DNA of 64,000 bases from contig CDPCPM010000363.1 in NCBI GenBank assembly GCA_976551045.1, positions 2,170,001 to 2,234,000 of the forward strand, written 5' to 3'. Position 1 is the first letter of the stretch, and each line of letters opens with the position of its first letter. This stretch comes from Glaucostegus cemiculus. Taxonomy: Eukaryota. Positions 25,046 to 37,579 of the stretch are shown here, one piece after another. A program made the translations under genes and the position numbers. Below the pieces are notes generated by a model. It saw nothing but the letters and a program-made list of their open reading frames with translations, was not told the DNA's origin and did not search any database.

Positions 25046-26391
25046 AATAGAGAGGGGTGAGCGAGATAGTGTGTGGGGAAGGAGAGAGGGTGGTGGGACT
25101 GTGTGTAGAGAGAGGGGGACAGAGGCTGGTGGGACAGTTACTGGGGAGGGAGAGGAAGCAGTAGTAGAGGCTGGCAGGACACTGTGGCCCAGCAGACCAT
25201 GACTTTGTGCTTGATTTGAGCCCATCATAGCAACACAAAGCCAATCAAATTACTTAAAGAGGATTAACCTAGGTTTCAGCAAGCAAATACACATGGCCCT
25301 TCGAATAAGCATCAGACCACCAGAGACCAAACACATTTTAAGCACAAGAACTGGAATCTTTGTCAATACCGTGGGCTTTAAGGAGTGTCATAAAAGAAAA
25401 TGAGGAGAGCCTCCATGGGAAAACATAAGAATGTATGAAACAGAAGCTGTAGTCAGTCACTGAGTCTCTGGAGCATTCTTCACCATTCAACAAGATCATA
25501 GCTGCTCATCTACCCTGGCACCATTTTCCTCCCCTATCCCCTTGACGCCTCATAAATCTATCAATCTCTGTAATGAGCCCACAGCCCTCCAGGTTACAGA
25601 ATTCCAAAGATTCACCAGCCTGAGTGTATAATCTTCTCATCGTTTCAGTCCAAAACTGACCCTGCAACCACTGGCTCTCGCCCCGTCTGCCAAGGGAATC
25701 CTTTCCCCTCTTTTACCCTTCTAAACTCTCCAAAGAAGAGGGAATTTCCAAAGATTAGGGTAAGCAAAATGTGAAGGGTGGGGAGTAAATGCAGGAAGTA
25801 CAGGGGACAGTTGATACTTGCAACAAAGAAAGCCCAAGGTCAGGATCAAAGGTTGTTGTGTAACAGAGTTCACTGTAATGCCTACACCTAGAAAGCTCAA
25901 ATTCCAAGTGTCAGACAGGAGCAAGTTAACATCAATCTTCTGTCAGCTGTATCAAGTCCCAGCCCCCACCTGTGTTGCTGTACTGGCTTACTTAAAACCA
26001 GCTGAAAGGTAGTGCCTTCCAAACAGTGGGAATTAGTCAATCATTATCATACTCTGGGCACTGCAGGCAACAAAAGCTGAACAGCCAGCACGTCAACAGG
26101 CAACAGCTCCTGGAAGTAGTAGCTGCCTTTGCACCATTAGCTCAGTGTACACAACACTCCCTCACTTTTCTGGAAGGAACATTACACTGGATGGCCCGGG
26201 GGAAACTGAAACGTTGACAGCACAAAACTGTGCTTCTGTGGAGCTGTGGGGAGTGGTATCAGGGCCTATACCGAGCCTCACTTCATCACGAAAAGATGCC
26301 GTGATAAATTTTAAATCTAAAATGAGATAAATTTTAAACCAAAAGTGAGACAGTTACATTTGCCTCCAACTGTCCATTTGCAAATGTAACC

Positions 26392-26545
26392 CACTCCCCA
26401 CACATGATCGCATTAGCCCCTCTCCCCCACACTGTCCCACTAGCCCCTCCCCTCTCCCCCACACTGCCCCAGCAGCCCCTCTCCCCCCTCCCCACACACT
26501 GTCCCACCAGCCCCTCTCCCCCCTCCCCACATACTGTCCACCTCA
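26392..26545. repeat. C-rich low-complexity tandem repeat
   Basis: Repeated CCCCTCTCCCCC..CACACTG(T/C)CCC units. Confidence 0.7.
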
Positions 26546-27729
26546 CCAGAGCTCACAATGTCAGAAACCTTCCCTCTGCCCGGGGTTGTACCAGCCATTA
26601 CCAGTGCCAGTGATTGGGAAATGGAACCCTGCCTGGCAAAGGTCAATTGTCCCATTGGAAACAGAGCAAGCTCGAACAGTGAAAGAGATCAGCCTCAGGT
26701 GTGGTCTGTGGGGTCGCTTATCCCGTGCACTCGCAGCTTTACTGAAAAATTCCACAGCAGCCAAACCAAGTAACCGGGGTTGAGAGCGAGTCCTCTTACC
26801 TGGGTCCAAGTATCACAGATTCAAAGCTGCTCCAGTCAGCCACATCATGCCACTACCCCATCTGCCTCTCAGATGCATTGTAAGAAAGCCAACAGTACTA
26901 TTCAAAGCAGCTCCCACCCTAATACCCAGCACTACTAAACGAAGGATCTGATCACCATACATCGCTGTACACAAACTCTCTGCCAGGTCCCCACAACCAC
27001 AACTGTTCATTAAAACTAATTAAATGCTGCAAGCTCAAATGGGCCATCCTGAAGGAGTGAGCAGCAATGGAAGGAGGCAGAGGGAGACTAATTTTGTGGT
27101 TGTCTCACAGAGCCAGCAGAGGCCCAGTAGGCCAAATGGTCACTGCTTGTGTTGTCACTTCTTACAGATCCACATGAACGCAAGTTCTTTCCTTCCAGTA
27201 ACAGATGTGCGCCTCCGTCAAACGCCATGACGTATCTCGGATCAAGTCACCAGGATGCAAGGACGCAATAGAAATGCCACATAATTTCTCACTTCTTTGC
27301 GGCCTTGACTTTCATTGTACCCTGACTACAGGTCAAAGACAAATAAAAACCTAAGCTCTGCACTTTAGGGCTGAAGCCGTCAGCTCGGTTTCCCAGATCA
27401 GGCAATGCTCTGGCTTGTGGGAGGGAAGACGATACAAGGTAACTTCATTCGCTTTGTTCTACAGGGGCAGCGTCAGCATGAGTCAACATTGGTCACTGCT
27501 CACACAGCAGAACCGCCTTCCAGTGTCATTGAACAGTGCTGGTAGGCAAAGCAAGGTGACAGTACTGGTCAAACAACCCCATATATTTACCTAATAGGTT
27601 TAACTTGAACATATGTCACTTGTGCAAAACAGCAAGAAAGTTAATGTGAAGGTTTGTTTCAATTTAAAAGGAGAGAGAAAAAGGCAGCATTATTCCAAGC
27701 TGAGACAATCTGCTGTTATTTACCAGCGC

Positions 27730-28700
27730 AGGGTACACAAGGCCATTCAGGCCATTGAGAGTGTATATGCATCCACCAATCGCCCCCCCAGCACTATAAA
27801 TTACACCACTCATCCAATTGCCCTGTGATAGCTGACTGATTACTTTCACCAGCCTGCAGGCACAGAAGTCGAGCTCATAACCACTCTGTGTAAAAGATGA
27901 AGGCAAACTCTCCCCTGAACCTTTTGCCCATACCTTTCGAATCTGAGCCTCCAGGAACGTGAACTATTCACTAACATAATCACCTAAACCCATCAGGATC
28001 CGAGCATACTGCCCATTTGCTAAAGAGAATTACACCCACTGCTTCAATCCAAGGTTGCCGCTGAAATCCCTGCACCCATTCTTGTAAACTTTCCTGAACT
28101 GCCTCCAAGACATTTCTTTTCTTCCTATTGTGGTGACCAGAAACAGGTGCAATCTTCCAGTTTTGCCCCAATCACTGCTTAATAAAGGTTCAAAATGACC
28201 CCTCTGCTTTTGAAATCCACATCTCATTAAGAAATCCAACATCCCGTCTCCTTTACAAACTGCTCTATCAACATGCCCTGCCACTTTCAAGGATGTATGT
28301 ACACTGGCACTCTGGTTCCTCTGTTCCTGCACACCCTTCAAAACTGGGCCATAATTTTGCAAAGCTCAATAGTGTAGCTTTTATTAAGTAATCTTTAGTA
28401 TTAATGCCATCCTATAGTACCCTTAGTTTGACACAATCCTTTCCATAGAGTTCTAAGGGTGGTTTCCTTTTCAAACTCAGGAGATCGTTCTGCCGAAGAA
28501 CATCCCTTCTTACTTCCCTGCATCAAACTTCATTTGCCACTTGCCTGTTCTGTCTGACAGCCACGCATAATACCTTACTAACCTCTTTGATAACAGATCG
28601 CTTGCTTTGAAGACGTCTACAGATTCTGAAGTTTTACAAGCCCTATCCAAGCTGGTAATGTATCAAAGAAAAAGCAGTGGTCTTAACACTGAACTAACAT
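27730..28700 (-). mobile_element. Decayed CR1 fragment
   Basis: Residual VHTSLKVAGHVD and VLEAVQ motifs; CR1 tail near 27740. Confidence 0.5.
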
Positions 28701-29807
28701 TGAATTATGGGATCCACAAAATCCAATCCAAGAAATAACCATTAACCAATGCTCTCAGGACATTTGCCTGCGGTATCCATGCTACTACTGCTCCCATGGG
28801 CTTCAATTTTGCTAAGCAGAATTTTGTAACACTTATTGAAAACCCAGGTAGACAGCATCTCCTGTATTTCCCTCTTGAACATCTGTTACCTCAGTGAAAA
28901 TAAAGTCCAATCATGTTAGTCGCAAAAAAACAATTTGCCTTTAACAAATCTGCACCAGTTTGGATTCATCAACTCAACCTTTTCCAAGGGTTGACTAATT
29001 TTTCTCTTACCACTTTTGAAAAGCTTGCCCCATCAGGGAAAACCAACCAGCTGCTTGCACATGTTGGACCTCTGCTATTTTCCCTACCTCTGGCACCTCC
29101 TCTGTGATTTGAAGGTAATGGCAAGCCCTCCTGCAACCTCTAACCCCACTAACTCTTGGCAACCTATCCCTCAGCAACCAGACCATGCAGAAAAATTCAC
29201 ATTAAGCTCAGCTAAACTTTTTTTGCACATCCCCCATTACCAATTTCTATTCCATCCATTACCTCAACTATCTCCAATTCTGGCAACATCGCCTCCTTTA
29301 TAATGACTGACACAACATTCATTTATTCTGACCTTGACTGTGGCATCTATGCATAATTGCCCTCTTAATTACCCTAACATACATACCAATAAGAAGCTTG
29401 TGAGCTTCCTTTTATATTAACCTTCATTCTCTTCTCACATTCATCTTTTATCCACCTTATTTTCCTTTTCCCTCATGTCTGTTCAGCTTGGTTCTCACTG
29501 AAGTTGTTGGCCTGGTGTGCATCATACACCCCTTCAGAGAGCATTGCCAGGAACCCACAATTCTGGGACCTGTAGCCTGAAATCTCTCCTCCAGCCCAAG
29601 TATATCTGCTCTTCCCTCATTTGTGCTTTACACCACCATCCCCTTCAGTCTCTCATCTCCCAACATTTTTCCCAAGTCTGCCCTGCTCCATGGTCCAAAT
29701 TCTGAGGGAAATGGTCATCCTTCAGCACACACCTGTACAAAGACAAACAGGACATTACCCCCATCCTCAGGAGATGGGCAGCACTAGTGAAAAATAATCT
29801 CCATATT

Positions 29808-30315
29808 ATTTTTTAAGAAAGTTTATTTACATCTACATTAGGTGTATCATTCTCAATTCAGTTTTTACACATATACATCAAATTAAGACATGGCCACCCT
29901 TGTTCAGGATGTACTCAAGCCCCTGTGTTGCACAACGATCCTAGAAGGCCTCCAGAGAGTCAATGGACACTGTGTACTCTCTCTCCAGTGACACCCAGGC
30001 ACGGGCGAATACTTAGAAGAGAGGCAGGTAGTCTGCTTGGGTGGAACCCTTGACAGCCTGCTCCCCAGGCTTTTGAATGGCCAGCGAGGCCAGGCTCAGA
30101 AGCAGACCTACGAGGGCCCCCCACACAGGGCATCCAAAGATCAGGAGAAGGGGGCTGAAGTGCAACCAGATACACAAACAGGGGCTGTAAGCTCTCACAT
30201 TCCGCACCTATACGGAACATGGACTGCTCCAGTCCACGGAAATGGCAGGCAGCCTAGGTCTGTGAACCAGTTTAAAAACCTGCTGCGCAGGACTGCTCCA
30301 TGAAACATTCTCTTC
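29808..30315 (-). mobile_element. Tx1-clade LINE 3' fragment
   Basis: Frameshifted ECESLQPLF.., WLHFSPLLLIFG.PV..LVGLLLSLASLAI, DYLPLF..ARAWVSLEREY, typical of the Tx1 ORF2 C-terminus; AATAAA and A-rich end near 29808-29827. Confidence 0.7.
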
Positions 30316-31923
30316 TCTTTTGTCAGTCATCCATGGAACCTAAGCTTATTAATGGAAAAGCAAAAAAAAACTGCAGAGATGCTGGAAATCGAAAATAAGA
30401 ACAAGAAAATACTGGAAATACTCAGCAGGTCAGGCAGCATCAGTGGAGAGATAAGCAGTGTGAACATTTCAGGTGGACAACCTTTCCAAAGAATGTAAGC
30501 AGTAGGGGTATCCGGCCCTTAACGCCTGCTCCACCATTCATCAAGAAGATCTTGGTGATCATCTACCAGTTGTATCTCCAGATCCCTTTATTCCCTTGCT
30601 GCATAGAAATGCATCAATCTGTGTTTTGATTAAACTCAATGACTGAACCTCCAAAGCCCACTAGGGTAGAAAATTCCAAAGCTTCATGAATCTCTGTGTG
30701 AAGAAACTTCCCCTCATTTCAGTCTGAAACAGCTCAGCTCTTATCCTCAAACTGCGGCCCTTGCTCAGAAACATATCAGCCTGGGGAAACATCCTCTCTG
30801 CATCCAGTTTCACTGAGATCTGCTCACATTATTCTAAACTTCAGAGAACGAAGCCCCGGTTGGCTCAATCTCTCCTCATATGGCACACCCATCCCTGGAA
30901 CCAGTCTGGTGAATTGTCACTGTGCTGCCTCTATTGTAATTACGTCCTTCTAAAGTCCACAATACTTTGGGTGTGGCCTCAGCAGATCTTTCACCACTCC
31001 ACCTTAAGTGTCCTTCATCTCTCCCAAAGCTGCACCAGAAACATTTCCTCTTATCATTATGCTTTAGTCCAATCCATCCACATTAGGCTTCACCTAGCCA
31101 GAACCCCCCTCCTCTAATCCCACAGTAGTTAGCCCTCCATTCATGAAGTTCTAGGCTGCTCCCTGCCCTTCATTTCCATTTCAAATCTCCAAGTCAACAT
31201 TTACCCCACAATGTTCAGGACTGAATACAATCATAGTTTTCATTATACGCACTGCCAACTTTCCTACACTACATTTTAAAAGAACTTAGCAACAAGGGAA
31301 CAGATGCAGGAGTAGGCCATTCAGCCCTTTGAGTTCAGGTACAATCACAACATTTAAAAGACATTTGGACAGGTACATGGATAGGGAAGGTTTGGAGGGA
31401 TATTGGCCAAATGCAGGCAAATGGGACTAGCTCAGGTAGTCAACTTGGCCAGCATGGACATGTTGAGCACATGGTCTGTTTCCATGCTGCATAGCTCCAT
31501 ATTCAATGCGATCATGGCTGATCTTCTACCCCAGTTCCCTGGAGATCCATCCATCTCATTCTAAAGCACTTTGGAACATCCGAAGGTCATTAAATTCTAT
31601 ATAAATGCAAATAGCTATTCCTTCCCAGCAATTGCACTGTGTGACTTTAAGTGGGCAGATTGCCCTGAAAAACAGCACCCACCAGTTTAAGCACATTGTG
31701 CCACACACTGATCAAAATACTTCACCAGCTGACTCTTGCATTCTTTTGTAACACCCGGTGAGATTCCACAATGTGTTAGAGAAGTTCTGCAAATGTGACT
31801 GTCACACTCTTACAAAACACGAGAGAAGGAAATCCAATCATTTCCTCCTGGTTCTGTGTGATCTCATGTGAAAGTCATGGACTCAAAACAGTGGCTAAAT
31901 TGCAGGATTAACCTCAGGATGTG

Positions 31924-33107
31924 CCATTTATTGACTACAGCTCTGCCTTCAATACAATAATCCCAAATAAGCTTGTCACCAAACTCCGAGACCCAGGACT
32001 CAACACGTCCCTCTGTAACTGGATTCTTGACTTTCTAACAAACAGACCGCAATCAGTGAGGATAGACAGTAATACTTTGGGCATGATTATTCTCAACACT
32101 GGTGCCCCACAAGGCTGTGCCCTCTACTCTACTCCCTATACACTCATGACTGTGTGGCCAGATTCTGCTCTAACTCCATCTACAAGCTTGCAGATGATAG
32201 TACCTTTGTAGGCCGTATCTCAAACAGCAATGAGTCGGAGTACAGGAAGGAGATAGAGAGCTTAATGGAATGGTGTCATGACAACAAGCTTTCCCTCAAT
32301 GTCAACAAAAGAGCTGGTCATTGACTTCAGGAAAGGAGGTGGTGACATGCACCTGTCTACATCAACAGTGCTGAGGTCAAGAGGGTTGAGAGCTTCAAGT
32401 TCCTGGGAGTGAGCATCACCAACAGCCTGTCCTGGTCAAATCACATAGATGCCACGGCAAAAAAAGCTCACCAGCACCTCTACTTCCTCAGGAAGCTAAA
32501 GAAATTGGGTTTGTCCCCTTTGACACTCACCAGCTTTTATCAATGCACCTGAGAAAGCATCGCATCTGGATGTATCACGGCTTGGTACGGCAACTGCTCT
32601 GCCCGGGACCACAAGAAACTGCAGAGTTGTGGACACAGCCCAGCGCATCACGGAAACCAGCCTCCCCTCCTTGGACTCTGTATTTACCTGTCACTGTCTT
32701 GGTGCAGCAGCCAGCATAATCAAAGGCCTCACCCACCCAGGTCATTCCCTCTTCTCTCTTCTTCCATCAGGTAGAAGGTACAGGAGCCTGAGGGCACGTA
32801 ACACCAGACTTAAGGACAGCTTCTACCCCACTGTGATAACACCATTGAATGGTTCCCTTATACAATGAGATGGACTATGACCTCATGATCTACCTTGTTG
32901 CGTCTTTGCACTTTATTGCACTGCATTTTCTCTGTAGCTGTGACACTTTACTCTGTACTGTTATTGTTTTTACCTCTACTACATCAATGCACTCTGTACT
33001 AACTCAATGTAACTGCACAGTGTAATGAATTGTCCTGTACAATTGGTATGCAAGGCAAGTTTTTCCACTGTACCTCTGTAAAGTGACAATAATAAACCAA
33101 TACCAAT
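31924..33107 (+). mobile_element. Rex1/Babar LINE, 5'-truncated
   Basis: [41 protein letters not shown], then the same C-terminus and 3' UTR as 21246-22200. Confidence 0.93.
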
Positions 33108-33214
33108 TTACACCAGTTAAGTGTTTTGCCCTTAAAGGGGCAAAGGAGGTCTTGTGCTATAGCAGGAGAATAGTTGCAAGTTTCTCACTTCCGATGCCTC
33201 CATATGACACAGGA

Positions 33215-33440
33215 GACTGCCATCTGGCCCATCTGGACTCGCTGGCTCACAGAGCAATCCTATTCCCCACCAATTTTCCTTGTAACCTGTTCTCCCCACC
33301 TTCCCATCAACTCCACACCAATTATCCCACCAACTATTTAAGAAGAGATAATTTATAGCAGTCAATTAACCTCCCAATCAGAATGCCTTTGGGATATGGG
33401 AGGAAAATGGAGCATCCAGGGAAATCCATGCCGTCACAGG
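33215..33440 (-). mobile_element. Partial HE1-type V-SINE
   Basis: V-domain (TTTGGGATATGGGAGGAAAATGGAGCATCCAG on plus strand) and tail. Confidence 0.6.
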
Positions 33441-34679
33441 ACGGATATACCTCTCGAATTCTATCCATCTCTTCCCCTTTCTTTCAGCAGCCCACTGAAG
33501 ACTTCACTTGCTAATTTCTTCTAACCTCCTTCCTTAACGGCATTCCAACTGATTATCTTTCAGCCCAGTCACCAGCCCCCAACTTATCAGCTGTCTGGAA
33601 TTCAAGTGCTCTCAGGTATGGGAAGGAGTGAAGGCCTGTTTTCTTGTTTCTAAGTTCTTTCACAGTGTAGTCCAGGAAAACTGGCAGTGCATCAAGTGTA
33701 TAATGAAAAATGTGATGCAATAAATACTGGATTGTCAGTATTCAGTCCTGAACACTGTGGGACAAGTGTTGACTTGGAGATCTGAAATGGAAATGGATCT
33801 GAAATGGAAATGGATGGAGGTAGGGAGTAGCCTGGGACTTTTTCATGGTGGAGGGCTAACTACAGTGGGGTGGGAGGGGCAAGGTCTGGCTTGGGTAAGT
33901 GTAGCCTCACAGTGGAAGGAATGAAAGTAACAAGCCTAAGAAGGGTCCTGTTGTGAACTGTCTTACCTGCAAGACCCTCTACTGTTCTAACCCTATTGCT
34001 GCAGACTGTGGCCACAGTGACAATAGCCAACATATCAAGTACAGGGCCACAGACTGCACCCAACCCTGAAGCCCAAAGGAGGGGGAGGCAAGGGGGGGAA
34101 CGCCTAGTCTGCACAGCTTAGAACCACAGAGAGAGAAGCTCCTATTGCTAGCAGCAGCTCTTGTGAAAGCAGGTGGGGGGGGTGGGGGGGGTGGGGGGGT
34201 GGGGAGAGGGAATTTGCAGGAGTCCACCTGCAGGCTCTGTGCCCTTCAGGGCTCACTTGAACCAGCTCAGACCGGGTTTTGGTTGAACAAGTTCAGTTTA
34301 ACCAGCCTGGGGCTCAGTTTAATCAGCTCAAACTGGGCCTCGGCTGAATGAGTTCAATTTAATCAGTTGCGGCCTCAAGTTAACCTGCAGGTTATCCTTA
34401 GGAATATGAATGGTAATATTACATTGTGCTCACAGAAGATGGAAGGACAGCGATCACCCAGAGCTTCCCTCGGAAATATTTGTCCAAAAATTCTTCCAAC
34501 TGGAGATCACTCCATGTGGCTGCAGTCATGGGGTGTGACTCTTTACTCAATTCTAAAAGACGTACGGATAGGTTAATTTGGAGGTTTAAAAAAAATGGGC
34601 AGCGCAGACTTGTTGGGCCGGAAGGGCCTGTTACCACACTGTAAAATAAATTTAAAAAAATTAAAAAATTAAAAATTTG

Positions 34680-35455
34680 CAGTCACTCAACAAAACTGTG
34701 GCACTGTGAGTAGGGAGCAGGATGTAAGAAGGCTTCAAGGAGATATGGTCAAACTGTGGGAGCATATGGCAAATGGAATACAAAGTGGAAAACTGTGAAG
34801 ATATCCACTTTGGTGAACAGATCAAATGGTAAGTGAATGGACAATGCTGTTGTTCAAAGGATTCTTGTATACAGTTCACTGAAAGTCAACGTTCAGGCAA
34901 ATGGTACACTGGGCTTTATTAGATAAGGATTTGAGTGCTTTTAGGGGCTTCATAGACCACACTTGGAGTATTGTATACAGGTTTGGTCTCCATAGTGAAG
35001 AAAGGCTTTAGAGGCAGTGCAGCAAAGATTCACTGGACTGATGCTCAGAGATAGTAGAAGTTGCCTGATGAGGAGAGATTCAGTGGACTTGACCTGAATT
35101 CTCGCACAAAATTCTTACAGGACCCAGCAGGCTGGATGCAGGCAGGATGTTTTCCCTGGCTGAGGAGTCTTGGAGCAGCAATTACAGGCTCAGAATGCAG
35201 TTGGAGTGGTTTAGGACTGAGATAAGCAAAAACATCTTCACTTGAGAGGGTGGTGAATGGTAGAATTCCCCAGGGGGCTGTGGAAGCTCAGTCATCAGAT
35301 TCATTCAAATCAGAGATCAATACATTTCTGGATATTAAGGGAGTCAAGGGATATGGGGACCGAGCAGGAAAATAGCACTGAGACCAAAGATCAGTCAAGA
35401 TCTTGATGAATGGTGGAGCAGGCTCAAAGGGCTAGATAAACTACTTCTACTCCTC
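34680..35455 (+). mobile_element. Decayed CR1 3' fragment
   Basis: WQMEYKVENCE.IHFG, RPHLEYC.QVWSP, tail near 35410-35455. Confidence 0.75.
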
Positions 35456-35804
35456 ACACTCTTACAAATGCCCTTTAAGAATGTGAGTGAGGTGGGGGTC
35501 GAGTTGAGCCAATATCAGCGGTGCCCCAGTTGCAATAGGCCATCCTCAGAAAATGTGGGAGGTCCTCATTGTCCAGAGACAGCACACTACTCCCTGGGAG
35601 CCCACTACCATGACTCCCACACCAAAGACTAACATCCCAAATACAACCATAATAAAATCTGACAAACAAAATCACAGCAATGATGATTTAAGACAATCAT
35701 TTTCAATGCTTACCGCTCTAACTTATAAAATGGAAATCCTCAAGTTACATAAATGCCACGCTCTAAGTCAACTGATACAGAAACATTCCGAATTCTGAGA
35801 CATT

Positions 35805-36008
35805 CCGGTGCTAAGGTGAAGATGGTTGAGAGCTACAAGTTCCTAGGTGTAAATATCACCAATAGCTTGCCCTGGTCCAACCACATAGATGCTATATCCA
35901 AGAAAGCGCATCAGCACCTCAACTTCCTCAGAAGGCTAAGGAAATTCAGCATATCCCCATGGACCCCCACCAATTTTTACAGATGCACTACAGAAAGATT
36001 CCTATCCG
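35805..36008 (+). mobile_element. Rex1/Babar internal fragment
   Basis: VESYKFLGVNITNSLPWSNHI..KKAHQ.L.FLRRLRKF. Confidence 0.85.
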
Positions 36009-36569
36009 AAGAAGTCCTGTAGCGGAATTAAATCAGGGTGTCACTCAAAGCCCTAAAGCCTGCTGACCCAGCTTGGATCTGGCTTCCAATTCTCTGCCTG
36101 TTGTGTGTCCCATTAATCGTTTTTCTGACCTGCTTTGCTTGATTTATTTTTGGAAATCATGAGGTGGCCCAGCCGATCACAAGCCTGAGCTCCTGGCTCT
36201 GTGCCTTACAATTGACCGGGTTTAATCTGCCTCTGAAGTGAGGGCGTTGCTGCTAATTGGCTGTGGATCCTGATAACATGACTGCCTGCAGCCACTCAGA
36301 TGCGCATACATCCCCAACAGCCTGGCTGTCACACTGACCCATGTGAGAAAAGCCAAGGCTGGTGGTTTTGCATTCTTGCTCCAGTTCCCCCCCACCCCTT
36401 CCCCCAGGGTTACTAATGAGCATCCTGTACTACAGCAAACCTTCTTTACCACTCGTCTCGTCCCACTGCCCATACTTCCAAAGGAGCCTCACAAGGACAA
36501 CAAAAAGGGAAGATACGTCATCACTCCATTCCCGACATTCCTTTTTACAGCATGATCAGGAAAAATCAA

Positions 36570-37095
36570 GAGACAGAACCAAGAATAGACATTTAACCCC
36601 TCAAGCCTGTCTTGCTATTTAACAAGATCATCTACCTCCATCACCAATTCATGGTCTAAGGACATCTCCCTCGATTCCTATCTGATCCAGAAATCTGTTT
36701 TGAATGTAGTTAATGACTGAGACACCACAGCCTTCCAGGATAGAGACTGCAGAGGTTTAACACCGTCTGAGTGAAGAGATTTCTCCTCATCTCAGTCCTA
36801 ATTGGTATTCTCCTTACCTTGAGACTGACCCTTTGTTTTAGACTCCTCAGCCAAGGGCAACAACCTCACCATATCTACCCTGTCAAGCCCTCTGAGAACT
36901 TTCTATGTTTCATAGAGGTCATCTCTCATCTTTCTACTCAGTATAGAATGGAGGCCTAGTCTCTTCAACCTTGTCCTCATACAACAGACTACCCTTCCAG
37001 GAACCAGGCTGGCCAATCTTTGCTGCACTCTGTCCACACCAAGTAAATCCTTTCTTAAGGAGACTGAAATTTTACACAGGTCTCCAGGGATGGTC
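36570..37095 (-). mobile_element. Decayed CR1 3' fragment
   Basis: Reverse-complement CR1 3' region and tail. Confidence 0.6.
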
Positions 37096-37303
37096 TGGAA
37101 ACCTCCAACATCTTTCCACTTGCCACCGGAGATTATACCTCAAAAGAACTTGAACTTACAAAGCAACATTCACGTTCTTGGGATGTCCGCAAGAACTTTA
37201 CGGTCAATAAATCACCTGCTTACATTTGATCTCCATAGTAATGTGCTAAAACAGGATGACCATTTTCACATACCCAAGCAGCAGCTGGATAAATTACTGG
37301 ATA

Positions 37304-37579
37304 CAGTGAAACTCCGATAATCAGGTACCCAACTATTCGCAAGTTTAGATGGCTAGGCATCCAGCTCACCTTTTCAACTCCCTAGGGACCTGGTTCCCGT
37401 GCTCCCTTTATAAGCAAGCAGTTGACCAGACACTTTATTCTAATACCATGTAACATCTCAACAAACGTGAATTAAAAGTGTGTCGTGGTATTAATAGAAA
37501 TAGCAGCTAATGATTCGGAAAATCTGCCAGTCCGACACTGCCAAAGTCCAGAGCATGCTGGATTATCGGAGTTTTACTG
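37304..37579. mobile_element. Tigger/pogo-type (Tc1-mariner) MITE, 276 bp
   Basis: 19-bp TIRs CAGTGAAACTCCGATAATC (37304-37322) and GATTATCGGAGTTTTACTG (37561-37579), one mismatch; TA on both sides; no transposase. Confidence 0.88.

Noticed and set aside
26795-26890. Minus-strand donor CAG|GTAAGA as an alternative coding exon
   Set aside because: An in-frame TGA lies eight codons upstream with no ATG after it, so there is no phase-0 coding support.
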